Source: Candidatus Nanopelagicales bacterium (GTDB lineage Bacteria; Actinomycetota; Actinomycetes; S36-B12). Taken from it: a stretch of DNA of 64,000 nt. Position 1 is the first letter of the stretch, and each line of letters begins with the position of its first letter. Both the position numbers and the translations under genes were made by a program. Below the pieces are notes generated by a model, which did no database searches, had not been told where the DNA came from, and saw nothing but the letters and a program-made list of their open reading frames with translations. Below are positions 8,343 through 18,290 of the stretch, piece by piece. Where the stretch lies: positions 14,106 to 78,105 of the forward strand of contig JBMTDJ010000001.1 in the NCBI GenBank assembly GCA_049431945.1. Direction: 5' to 3'.

Positions 8343-10028
8343 CTAGGCCTCCACGACCACCGGGATGATCATCGGCCGGCGCCGATGGGTCTGGGATACC
8401 CATCGGCCGACGACCCGTCGGACCCGCTGCTGGAGCTGGTGGGGGTCGACGACACCGTCGGCGAGGGCACGCTCGAGCTCGGCCCGCACCTCGTCCCGGA
8501 CGGGCTTGAGCACCTCCGGGTCCTCGTGGAAGCCGCGCGCCTCGATCTCGGGCCCGGCCACGACCTTGCCTCCCGTGATGTCAACGGCCGCGAAGATGGA
8601 GATGAAGCCTTCGTTGCCGAGAACCCGTCGATCCGTGAGCGCGGCCTCGGTGATGTCGCCAACACTCGCACCGTCGACGAAGACGTAGCCGACCGGCACA
8701 GCCCCGACGATGCGAGCCACGCCGTCCTTGAGATCCACCACGACACCGTCCTCGGCCAGGACGATGCGCTCGCGGGGCACGCCGGTGCGCTCGGCGAGCG
8801 CGGCATTCGCACGCAGGTGACGCCATTCACCATGGACAGGCATCACATTGCGCGGCTTGACGATGTTGTAGGCGTAGAGCAACTCCCCCGCCGAGCAGTG
8901 CCCGGACACGTGGACCAGCGCATTGCCCTTGTGAACGACGGACGCACCGCTGCGAGTGAGGCCATTGATGACGCGGTTCACGGCGTTCTCATTGCCCGGG
9001 ATGAGCGAGGAGGCCAGCACGATCGTGTCGTCGGGGCCGGCCTTGATCTGGTGGTCGTTGTTGGCGATCCGCGAGAGCACCGCCATCGGCTCGCCCTGCG
9101 AGCCGGTGCAGACAAGGACAACCTCGTCATCGGGGAGGTCCTCGAGTGCATCCACCGACACCAGCACGCCCGGAGGGATAGCGAGATAGTCCAGGTCGCG
9201 CGCCACCCCCATGTTGCGCACCATCGACCGGCCCACGAACGCCACCTTGCGACCATGCTCCGCAGCGGCGTCGATGATCTGCTGGATCCGGTGCACGTGG
9301 GACGCGAACGACGCGACGATGACCCGTCCGCGGGCCCGATCGAACACCTTGTCGAGGACCGGGGCAATGTCTCGCTCGCTGGGGATGAACCCAGGCACCT
9401 CGGCATTGGTCGAGTCCACGAGGAAGAGATCGACGCCTTCGTCACCGAGGCGAGCGAAGCCATTGAGATCAGTCACCCTGCCGTCGAGCGGGAGTTGGTC
9501 CATCTTGAAGTCGCCCGTATGCAGGACAAGTCCGGCCGGGGTCCTGATGGCGACGGCCAGCGCGTCGGGAATCGAGTGATTGACGGCAAGGAACTCGAGG
9601 TCGAAGGGTCCTACCGAGACGCGCTCCCCCTCGCGGACGACGTGGACGTCGGGCTTGATGCGGGCTTCGCGCAGCTTCGCCTCGACGAACGCCAGGGTGA
9701 GGCGCGAGCCGTAGAGAGGAATGTCAGGACGCTGGCGCAGGAGAAAGGGAAGGCCCCCGATGTGGTCCTCGTGGCCGTGGGTGAGCACGATCGCGTCGAC
9801 GTCATCGAGGCGCTCCTCGATGGATGAGAAGTCCGGCAGGATCAGATCGATGCCGGGCTGGGACTCCTCAGGGAAGAGGACCCCGCAGTCGACGATGAGC
9901 AGGCGTCCGGCGTACTCGAAGACCGTCATGTTGCGCCCGATCTCGCCGAGGCCGCCAAGCGCAACGACGCGCAGTGCGCCTTCGGGCAGCGGTGGCGGTG
10001 TGGGAAGTTCGGGATGCGCGTGACTCAC
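8343..10028 (-). CDS. rnj: Ribonuclease J
   Basis: Metallo-beta-lactamase/beta-CASP protein with HGHEDHIGG, 561 aa. The GTG start overlaps the dapA stop (GTGA). Confidence 0.93.
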   Translation of the reverse strand: MSHAHPELPTPPPLPEGALRVVALGGLGEIGRNMTVFEYAGRLLIVDCGVLFPEESQPGIDLILPDFSSIEERLDDVDAIVLTHGHEDHIGGLPFLLRQRPDIPLYGSRLTLAFVEAKLREARIKPDVHVVREGERVSVGPFDLEFLAVNHSIPDALAVAIRTPAGLVLHTGDFKMDQLPLDGRVTDLNGFARLGDEGVDLFLVDSTNAEVPGFIPSERDIAPVLDKVFDRARGRVIVASFASHVHRIQQIIDAAAEHGRKVAFVGRSMVRNMGVARDLDYLAIPPGVLVSVDALEDLPDDEVVLVCTGSQGEPMAVLSRIANNDHQIKAGPDDTIVLASSLIPGNENAVNRVINGLTRSGASVVHKGNALVHVSGHCSAGELLYAYNIVKPRNVMPVHGEWRHLRANAALAERTGVPRERIVLAEDGVVVDLKDGVARIVGAVPVGYVFVDGASVGDITEAALTDRRVLGNEGFISIFAAVDITGGKVVAGPEIEARGFHEDPEVLKPVRDEVRAELERALADGVVDPHQLQQRVRRVVGRWVSQTHRRRPMIIPVVVEA

Positions 10029-10924
10029 GACAGATCGACGCCGCCCTCGCGTAGGTCGCGCTCCAACTGCTCGATCTGATCGGCCGTCGCGTCCACGAGC
10101 GGTGACCGTACCGGGCCCGCGGGCAGCCCCTGCAGCGCGAGTGCGGCCTTGGTGAGGATGACGCCCTGGGTGCGGAAGATGCCGGTGTACACCGGAAGCA
10201 GCGCCCGGTTGGCCGCGATGGCGCCGCAGACATCACCGGAATGGAAGGCCTGACCCATCGCGCGAATGCGATCGGCCACGAGGTGACCGACCACGGAGAT
10301 GAAGCCATTCGCCCCCACAGACAGCAGCGGCAGATTGAGGATGTCGTCGCCGGAGTACCAGCCGAGATCGCAGCGCGCCATGGCCCACTGCGCAGCCTCG
10401 AGGTCGCCTTTGGCGTCCTTGTTGGCGACGATGCGAGGGTGCTCTGCGAGCCGCACGAGCGTCTCGACCTCGATGGCCACGCCGGTCCGCTTGGGGATGT
10501 CGTAGGTGATCACCGGAAGGTCCGTGGCGTCGGCGACCGTGCGGAAGTGGTGGAGGAGCCCAGCCTGCGGCGGGCGGTTGTAGTACGGCGCGACGACGAG
10601 CAGGCCGTCGGCTCCCGCAGCGGCTGCCTCGCGCGCAAGGTGGACGGAGTGAGCCGTGTCGTAGGTGCCGACGCCGGCGATGACCCGAGATCGATCGCCG
10701 ACCGCCTCCTTGACCGCGCGGACGACGGCGGCCTTCTCCTCGTCGGTCGTCGTGGGGGACTCCCCCGTTGTGCCGTTGACCACGAGGCCGTCGTTGCCGA
10801 GATCGTCGACCAAATGCGTCGCGAGTCGCTGGGCACCGTCAACGTCGAGAGCACCTTCCGCGGTGAAAGGCGTCACCATCGCGGTGAGCATCACCCCGAC
10901 GGGGCCGCTGGCGGGCACGGGCAT
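10025..10924 (-). CDS. dapA: 4-hydroxy-tetrahydrodipicolinate synthase
   Basis: VNGTTGESPTTTDEEK, PYYNRPPQAG and the Schiff-base Lys region IVANKDAKGD. Confidence 0.93.
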   Translation of the reverse strand: MPVPASGPVGVMLTAMVTPFTAEGALDVDGAQRLATHLVDDLGNDGLVVNGTTGESPTTTDEEKAAVVRAVKEAVGDRSRVIAGVGTYDTAHSVHLAREAAAAGADGLLVVAPYYNRPPQAGLLHHFRTVADATDLPVITYDIPKRTGVAIEVETLVRLAEHPRIVANKDAKGDLEAAQWAMARCDLGWYSGDDILNLPLLSVGANGFISVVGHLVADRIRAMGQAFHSGDVCGAIAANRALLPVYTGIFRTQGVILTKAALALQGLPAGPVRSPLVDATADQIEQLERDLREGGVDLS

Positions 10925-10939
10925 ATCGACAGGCTATCG

Positions 10940-11665
10940 CTAGGGCGCCACGCGGCCGTTGGCGACGAAGGCCTCGTGGGTGATCGGCATGAGCGCTGCC
11001 CACTCCGACTCCATGAGGTCGGCGACCATCTCGATCTCCCGCTGGGGGTACGACGGGAAGTGACTGTCGGGGTGCTTGGTGCGCAGTGACAGGAAGTTCA
11101 TGAGGGCCCGAGCGTTCATCGTGACGTACATCGAGGAATAGGTGCCGACCGGCAGGACGATGCGAGCGACCTCGCGCGCCACCCCGGCGTCGAGCATCGC
11201 CTGGTAGGCGTCATAGGCCGCCCGACACGAGGCCGTGGTCTGCTCGACCACGACGGCGTACTGATCCTGGGTGCCCTCGACGAAGTCGTAGGCCCCGGGC
11301 TTGCCCTGCTGAACGAGCCTGCGCTCGGGACCGGGGACGTAGAACACCGGGCGCAACTCGCGATAGCGCCCGCTCTCCTCGTTGTAGGACGCGATGCGAT
11401 GCCGCATGAACTCGCGGAAGACGAAGATCGGCGCGGAGATGAAGTACGTCAGCGACGTGTGCTCGAAGGGCGTTCCGTGCCGGTCGCGCATGAGGTAGTT
11501 GATCAGGCCCTTGGCGGCCGCGGCATCGGAGTCGACGTCATCGAGGGACTGCTCGCCCTTGGTGGACACGCGGGCGGCCCAGATGACGTCGGAGTCGCGC
11601 GCGGTCGCCTTCACCAACTCGACGGTGACGTCGCTGCGGAACTCGATTTCGCCGGCCTCGGACAC
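10940..11665 (-). CDS. thyX: FAD-dependent thymidylate synthase ThyX
   Basis: ThyX motif FMRHRIASYNEESGRY. GTG 11665 is preceded by a strong SD, GGGAAGGGAGGA. The longer track ORF (to 11818) has no SD and runs into the divergent gene. Confidence 0.88.
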   Translation of the reverse strand: MSEAGEIEFRSDVTVELVKATARDSDVIWAARVSTKGEQSLDDVDSDAAAAKGLINYLMRDRHGTPFEHTSLTYFISAPIFVFREFMRHRIASYNEESGRYRELRPVFYVPGPERRLVQQGKPGAYDFVEGTQDQYAVVVEQTTASCRAAYDAYQAMLDAGVAREVARIVLPVGTYSSMYVTMNARALMNFLSLRTKHPDSHFPSYPQREIEMVADLMESEWAALMPITHEAFVANGRVAP

Positions 11666-11684
11666 GGGTCCTCCCTTCCCGTGG

Positions 11685-11690
11685 ACCCTA
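11685..11690 (-). promoter_or_regulatory. -10-like hexamer TAGGGT upstream of thyX
   Basis: The minus strand reads TTGGATAGGGTCCACGGGAAGGGAGGACCCGTG. TAGGGT lies 19 nt before the start codon and fits TANNNT. Confidence 0.3.
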
Positions 11691-11727
11691 TCCAAGGCGT
11701 GCGGCCCGATGGTGATAGGCAGGAGGC

Positions 11728-12276
11728 ATGTCGTCGACCCCGGACTCGGTGCGGCTCGCTCGCACATCGGACGTCGATGACGTGGCGCGCGTGCAGATCG
11801 CGGCCTGGCGAGCGGCATACGCCGACCTCCTGCCCGACACGGTCCTCGCCACGCTCGACGCTGACGACATGGCCTGGGAATGGGGTCGCGCGCTGCTGCA
11901 GCCCGGACCCCACCGGCTGCTCGTGGCCATCGGCTCGGACGGCGGCGTCGCTGGTGCGGCCGCAGTGGGACCGAGTGCCGATCCCGATGCGGCGGGGGCC
12001 GGTGAGATCACGCTTCTCGTCGTCGATCCCGAGCACTGGGGCGCCGGACACGGATCGCGTCTGCTGCAGGCGAGCGTGGACCACCTCATCGCCGCCGGCC
12101 ACCACGAAGCCATGACATGGGTACCCCTCGCAGACGAGCCTCGGCGCGCGTTCTTGCAGTCAGCGGGCTGGGGACCCGACACGGCGTACCGCGATCGCGA
12201 GGTCGGAGACGACGTGGTTCGTGAGGTGCGCCTGGTGACCGTGATCGCCGACGCGGCCGAGCCCACCGACGAGTGA
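11728..12276 (+). CDS. GNAT family N-acetyltransferase
   Basis: 182 aa. The acetyl-CoA binding region is LLVVDPEHWGAGHGSRLLQASV. AGGAGG lies before ATG 11728. Confidence 0.8.
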   Translation: MSSTPDSVRLARTSDVDDVARVQIAAWRAAYADLLPDTVLATLDADDMAWEWGRALLQPGPHRLLVAIGSDGGVAGAAAVGPSADPDAAGAGEITLLVVDPEHWGAGHGSRLLQASVDHLIAAGHHEAMTWVPLADEPRRAFLQSAGWGPDTAYRDREVGDDVVREVRLVTVIADAAEPTDE

Positions 12277-12277
12277 G

Positions 12278-13888
12278 CTACTCCAGGCCAAGTACGCCGG
12301 GATTGAGCGTGACGTCGGGATCCAGTGTCGACTTGACCGCCCTGAGGACGTCGATTCCCAGCGGACCCACCTCGTCGGCCAGCCACGGCGCGTGATCGCG
12401 GCCGATCGCATGGTGATGGGTGATGGTGGCACCGGAGTCCATGATCGCCCGACTGGCGGCGGTCTTCGCCCGCTGCCACTGCCCGACGGGGTCACGGCGG
12501 TCCGCCACGGCGATCACCGTGGTGTAGAGCGATGCACCGGTGTCGTAGGAGTGCGACAGATGCGACATGACATAGGGTCCGACGCCCTGCCCTTCGCGGA
12601 GGGCCTGGCGCAGCGCGTCTGCCACCGTGGTGTGCAGGTCGAGGTACGTCGACCAGTGCGTCGCGGTCTCCAGGGTCTCCACGAGGTATCCCGCGTCCAT
12701 GAGGGAGTCGCGCAGGTGCGGTCCATCGAATCGGTGGCGCCGCCAGGACTGCCCCGGACCGTGCCCGAGCGACACGGCACCGTGGCGGCGCAGTGCGCGC
12801 AGCGTCGCCGACCGCCGCGCACCCACGAGATCACGGTCCGTGCCTTCCCAGCCGAGGATGGCCAGCGAGGGATCCGCGACACCCCGCGCCCGCAGGTAGC
12901 GGTCGAATGCGCGCGCGGCGATGCCGTGCGGCCCCGACATGAGCAACGTGGTGGCGGTCTCGGCCTCGTCCGACAGGCGCATGACGTCGGCACTCGAGCG
13001 CGATTGCACGGCATCCCGGAAGGCCTCCACGCCCGCGGCGAAGCCGGGGAGCATGATCGCGTCGTAGATGCGTGCTGTGGGCAGCCGGCGTACCCGCAGG
13101 CTCACTCGGGTGATGACGCCGAAGGCCCCCTCGCTCCCGATGATGAGACCGCGCAGGTCGGGTCCCGCGGCGGTCGAAGGTGCCCGACCGAGTTGCATCG
13201 TGCCCTCGGGGGTCGCCACGACGACGGCTTCGACCATGTCGTCGCTGCGTCCGTACCCGGTCGATGCCTGGCCCGCCGACCTGGTCGCGACGTAGCCGCC
13301 GATCGTCGCGCGCTCCCAGGACTGGGGCAGGTGCCCGAGGGTGAAGCCGCGTGCCGCAAGCAGGGCTTCAAGCACCGGGCCGGTGATGGCGGGGCCCACC
13401 GTCGCCACCCCGGAGATCTCGTCGAGGTGGATCAGCCGACCTAGCCTGCGCAGATCGAGCGCGATGTGCGGGCTGTGCGTGCGCAGGCCCCCGACGACGG
13501 AGGTGCCCCCGCCCACGGGGATCACGGCGAGCCCGTGCTCCCGGGCAACGGCGAGCAACGCGACGACCTCGTCATGGGTCGCGGGCGAAACGACGGCGTC
13601 AGGCGCGTCATCGACCTCGTCAGCACGCCGCCGTGCGTAGTCAATGAAGGCCGCCCCGCCCATGGCTCGCAGCCGATCGTCGCGCTCGACGCTCACGTGA
13701 TCGGCACCGACGACAGAGCGCATGGCGTCGAGGTCGCTGTCGCTCAGACGCGACGCGGCGAGCACCCACCGCTCGGTGTCGGCAGGCGGCCAGGGGGACG
13801 CCACTCCGACGTGGCGGGCGAGGTAGTCGCGCACGCGTTCGCCGAGGATGGGAGCGTCGGCTCCCCAGCGGGCGAGATCGTCGGGCAC
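12278..13888 (-). CDS. FAD-binding oxidase, alkylglycerone-phosphate synthase (AGPS)/GlcD-like
   Basis: FAD PCMH-type domain (PDAVVSPATHDEVVALLAVAREHGLAVIPVGGGTSVVGG) and an AGPS-like C-terminal half (HLSHSYDTGASLYTT...HHHAIG). GTG 13888 was chosen because the upstream part of the 628-aa ORF overlaps the divergent glpD. Confidence 0.8.
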   Translation of the reverse strand: MPDDLARWGADAPILGERVRDYLARHVGVASPWPPADTERWVLAASRLSDSDLDAMRSVVGADHVSVERDDRLRAMGGAAFIDYARRRADEVDDAPDAVVSPATHDEVVALLAVAREHGLAVIPVGGGTSVVGGLRTHSPHIALDLRRLGRLIHLDEISGVATVGPAITGPVLEALLAARGFTLGHLPQSWERATIGGYVATRSAGQASTGYGRSDDMVEAVVVATPEGTMQLGRAPSTAAGPDLRGLIIGSEGAFGVITRVSLRVRRLPTARIYDAIMLPGFAAGVEAFRDAVQSRSSADVMRLSDEAETATTLLMSGPHGIAARAFDRYLRARGVADPSLAILGWEGTDRDLVGARRSATLRALRRHGAVSLGHGPGQSWRRHRFDGPHLRDSLMDAGYLVETLETATHWSTYLDLHTTVADALRQALREGQGVGPYVMSHLSHSYDTGASLYTTVIAVADRRDPVGQWQRAKTAASRAIMDSGATITHHHAIGRDHAPWLADEVGPLGIDVLRAVKSTLDPDVTLNPGVLGLE

Positions 13889-13952
13889 GCGCCCAGTCTG
13901 GCACCGGCTCCGGGACGGCGGAGCCACGCCTGCCTGGCTCACCCGGCAGACT

Positions 13953-15497
13953 GTGGCCGTGCCTGCGCCGACCGTCGATCTCAATGCCGCGCGTCGGCAC
14001 AGGGATCTGGAAGCGACGGCTGCTGGCGAGCCCGTGGACGTCCTCGTCATCGGCGGCGGCATCACCGGCTGCGGCGTGGCGCTCGATGCGGCGAGTCGCG
14101 GGCTCGCGGTGACCCTGGTCGAGGCCCACGATCTGGCCTTCGGCACGTCCCGCTGGTCGAGCAAGCTCGTCCACGGGGGTCTTCGCTATCTCGCCCACGG
14201 CGATGTGGGCGTCGCGTGGGAGAGCGCGGTCGAACGCTCGCGGCTGATGACCACGATTGCGCCTCATCTGATTCGCCCCCTCCCCCACGTCATGCCCCTC
14301 GATCCCAGCCGGACCCAGCGCGGACTCGTTCGCGCTGGCCTCCGTGCCGCTGATCTCCTGCGGGCAGGTGCCGGCACTCCGCGCCGCGTCCTGCCGCGAC
14401 CGCGCACCGTGTCGACACGCGACGCCATGCGCCTGATCCCCGGAATGGCCCCGGAAACCGGTGGAGCGACCGTGCACTGGGATGGCCAACTCGTCGACGA
14501 TGCGCGGCTCACCATCGGCGTGGGTCGCACCGCCGCACGACTGGGCGCCCGGATCATCACGGGTGCACGCGCCAGCGATGTCACCGGCGAAGGTGCGCAG
14601 ATTCGCACCCGAGAGGGCGACGTCATCGACGTTCACGCTCGCCACGTCATCGTCGCGGCCGGTGTCTGGACGGGGCAGCTCGATCCCGATACCGCGATCT
14701 CCGCGTCGCGCGGCACGCATGTGCTCCTGCGACCCGAATCCCTCGGCCATCCGCGCGCCGCGCTCACCGCGCCGGTCCCCGGTGAGCGCGGACGCTATGT
14801 GTTCGCCCTGCCGACCCTGGACGGGCCGGTCATCGCCGGCATCACGGACGTCGCCGTCCCCGGGACGATTCCCGACGTCCCCGAACCACCGAGAGAAGAC
14901 ATCGACTGGATTCTCGGGCACCTGTCCGCAGCGCTCGCTCATCCGGTCACCGCATCCGACGCGATCGGCGCCTACGCGGGCCTGCGGCCCCTCGTGGGAA
15001 CCCCGGGCGAGGAGGCCACCGCCGACATCTCGCGCCGGCACCTCGTCGAGCAACGTCCGGAGGGCTACGTCGTCGTGACCGGCGGCAAGCTCACGACGTA
15101 CCGTCGCATGGCCCAGGACGCCGTCGACGCGCTGAAGATCGAAACATCAGACGCGCACGCCGCTCACGCCATCGGCCGCTGCGTCACCGCGACGCTACCG
15201 CTGGTCGGTGCGCAGTCGTGGAACAGGCCCATGCCGGGTGTGCCCGAACGGCTGATCCAGCGATATGGCGCCGAGGCACCGCGGGTCATGGCGTACGCCG
15301 ACACAGATCCCACCCTGCTCGAGCCCATCGCCGACGGGATACCGGCCCTGGGTGTTGAGGTCGTGCACGCGATTCGCTGCGAGGGCGCCCTGGACATCGA
15401 CGACGTGATGGAAAGGCGTATTCGCCTGTCCATGGTGCCCGCATGGGCTGAGCTCGCACGTCCCCGCGTTGCCGAGATCCTCGAGGCTGCGCCATGA
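13953..15497 (+). CDS. glpD: Glycerol-3-phosphate dehydrogenase (FAD-dependent)
   Basis: VDVLVIGGGITGCGVALDAASRGL...GTSRWSSKLVHGGLRYL. The start is uncertain (GTG 13953 chosen; the track ORF starts at 13848). Confidence 0.88.
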   Translation: MAVPAPTVDLNAARRHRDLEATAAGEPVDVLVIGGGITGCGVALDAASRGLAVTLVEAHDLAFGTSRWSSKLVHGGLRYLAHGDVGVAWESAVERSRLMTTIAPHLIRPLPHVMPLDPSRTQRGLVRAGLRAADLLRAGAGTPRRVLPRPRTVSTRDAMRLIPGMAPETGGATVHWDGQLVDDARLTIGVGRTAARLGARIITGARASDVTGEGAQIRTREGDVIDVHARHVIVAAGVWTGQLDPDTAISASRGTHVLLRPESLGHPRAALTAPVPGERGRYVFALPTLDGPVIAGITDVAVPGTIPDVPEPPREDIDWILGHLSAALAHPVTASDAIGAYAGLRPLVGTPGEEATADISRRHLVEQRPEGYVVVTGGKLTTYRRMAQDAVDALKIETSDAHAAHAIGRCVTATLPLVGAQSWNRPMPGVPERLIQRYGAEAPRVMAYADTDPTLLEPIADGIPALGVEVVHAIRCEGALDIDDVMERRIRLSMVPAWAELARPRVAEILEAAP

Positions 15498-16171
15498 CCG
15501 ACCGCCGAGCAATCGTCGGTGATGCAGTCGCTCTCGGTTTGGGCACCGGTGTCTACGCCCTCTCCTTCGGCGCCCTCTCGGTCGCGTCCGGCCTCAGCAT
15601 GTGGCAGACCCAGGCGCTGTCCCTCCTCATGTTCACCGGCGCCTCGCAGTTCGCTCTCATCGCCGTCGTGGCATCCGGGGGAAGCGCCGCCGTGGCGATC
15701 GCGACGTCGACCCTCATCGGCACGCGCAATTCGTTCTACGGCTTCGCGATGGCGCCGGTTCTGCGACCCCGCGGCCTCACCCGCTTCGTCGCGGCGCAAG
15801 CCACGATCGACGAGTCGACCGGCATGGCCGCGAGGTACGAGGAGGATCGCGCATCCGCGCGACTCGCCTTCTGGTCCACGGCCGCGGCGATCTACGTGCT
15901 GTGGAACCTCGGGACGCTGATCGGTGCGCTCGGAGCGGGCCTCGTCGACGACCCCAACGCCTTCGGCCTCGATGCCGCTGCGCCCGCGGCGTTCCTCGCC
16001 CTGGTCTGGCCGCGGCTCACGTCGTGGCCGATGCGCACGGTCGCGATCGTCTCTCTCGTCGCTGCGGTGGCCCTGGCACCGTTCCTCCCAGCCGGCCTGC
16101 CGGTCCTGCTGGCAGGTGCCGGCGGCATCGTCGTCGGCCTCGTCCTGGGCATCCGGGCGGGTGAGGAGTGA
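15494..16171 (+). CDS. azlC: AzlC family branched-chain amino acid exporter subunit
   Basis: AzlC-like membrane protein (FGALSVASGLS...FTGASQFA). The ATG overlaps the glpD stop (ATGA). Confidence 0.85.
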   Translation: MTDRRAIVGDAVALGLGTGVYALSFGALSVASGLSMWQTQALSLLMFTGASQFALIAVVASGGSAAVAIATSTLIGTRNSFYGFAMAPVLRPRGLTRFVAAQATIDESTGMAARYEEDRASARLAFWSTAAAIYVLWNLGTLIGALGAGLVDDPNAFGLDAAAPAAFLALVWPRLTSWPMRTVAIVSLVAAVALAPFLPAGLPVLLAGAGGIVVGLVLGIRAGEE

Positions 16172-16479
16172 TGTGGCCCACCGTGCTCATCGCATCCGGA
16201 GCGGCATTCGCGCTCAAATTCCTCGGCTACGTCGTCCCGCAGCGTTACTTCGACACGCCCCTCGCCCGAACGATCACCCTGCTCATCCCCGTGGCGCTGC
16301 TCTCCGCCCTCATCGGCCTGTGGACCTTCGTCGACGGCAACCACATCGCTGTGGACGCCCGGGCTGTGGGATTGCTCGCGGCGCTCATCGCGCTGCTGCT
16401 GCGAGCTCCATTCCTCGTGGTCATCATTGCTGCCGCCGCGACCGCCGCGATCGTGCGCGCGCTAGGGCTCCTCCCGTGA
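16168..16479 (+). CDS. azlD: AzlD family branched-chain amino acid exporter subunit
   Basis: 103-aa hydrophobic protein following azlC. GTG 16168 or ATG 16171 overlaps the azlC stop. Confidence 0.8.
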   Translation: MMWPTVLIASGAAFALKFLGYVVPQRYFDTPLARTITLLIPVALLSALIGLWTFVDGNHIAVDARAVGLLAALIALLLRAPFLVVIIAAAATAAIVRALGLLP

Positions 16480-17012
16480 GACGGCCGATCTTCTGGTTCC
16501 TCTGGCCCGCTGCCGAAGCGGGACCGGTCGATGATGCAGCCGTCCAGTCGCGCTGGCTGCGGGTATGCGGCCGCGGTCCCTGGCGATGGACCTTCCTCAT
16601 CGCGTGCACCGCGGGTGCGGTGACGGTCATCTCGGCAGCGGCCGCAGCGACGTTGTCCCGCCCGGGGCTCCTCACCGCGATGCTCACGGTCCTTATCGCC
16701 GTTCCCGTCATCGCCCTACTCGCGCGGGCATGGGTCGCCGGCACCTACGTCTGCGATCGCGGCGTCAAGGTCTCGGGCGTGATCACCACGACGATCATCC
16801 CGTGGTCCGAGGTGATGGACGTGGAGGTCTCGTCCCGATCCCGCCTGCTCGGGACTCCGGTGCGCCTCACCGGTCGCCAGGTCAGGGTGCGGTGGTCCGG
16901 TGCAACCACCCCGACGCACGTCGAGACCGCGTCCCCCGATCTGTGGCTGCGCCCGCAGGCCTTTGACGCCGCGCGTGATCGCCTGCTCACCTGGCACCGC
17001 GAGACCATCTGA
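16476..17012 (+). CDS. Hypothetical membrane protein (2 TM plus a possible bacterial PH-like domain)
   Basis: GTG 16476 overlaps the azlD stop (GTGA). Two hydrophobic helices are followed by GVKVSGVITTTIIPWSEVMDVEV... This is only the 3' part of track ORF 15924..17012. Confidence 0.55.
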   Translation: MRRPIFWFLWPAAEAGPVDDAAVQSRWLRVCGRGPWRWTFLIACTAGAVTVISAAAAATLSRPGLLTAMLTVLIAVPVIALLARAWVAGTYVCDRGVKVSGVITTTIIPWSEVMDVEVSSRSRLLGTPVRLTGRQVRVRWSGATTPTHVETASPDLWLRPQAFDAARDRLLTWHRETI

Positions 17013-17048
17013 TCAATTACGTGGTCGGCGAGGCAGGCTGGAGCCGCG

Positions 17049-18241
<1,193 letters not shown>

Positions 18242-18290
18242 GTGGGCCACCTGGCGTGCGAACGGGACGCGGGCGGCCCATGATGTCCGG

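Noticed and set aside
7704-9827. 707-aa plus-strand ORF
   Set aside because: It lies antisense to the 5' end of ftsK and most of rnj, both of which have unmistakable motifs. The product is Arg/Gly/Asp/His-rich with no recognisable domain. It is a stop-poor shadow frame typical of high-GC DNA.
13641-15053. 470-aa minus-strand ORF, plus other overlapping ORFs around glpD
   Set aside because: Antisense or out of frame to glpD (clear FAD GGGITG motif). Arg/Gly/Asp-rich with no domain.
15924-16475. 5' two-thirds of track ORF 15924..17012
   Set aside because: Out of frame over azlC/azlD and Arg/Pro/Ser-rich. Only the part after GTG 16476 (GTGA overlap with the azlD stop) looks like a real membrane protein.
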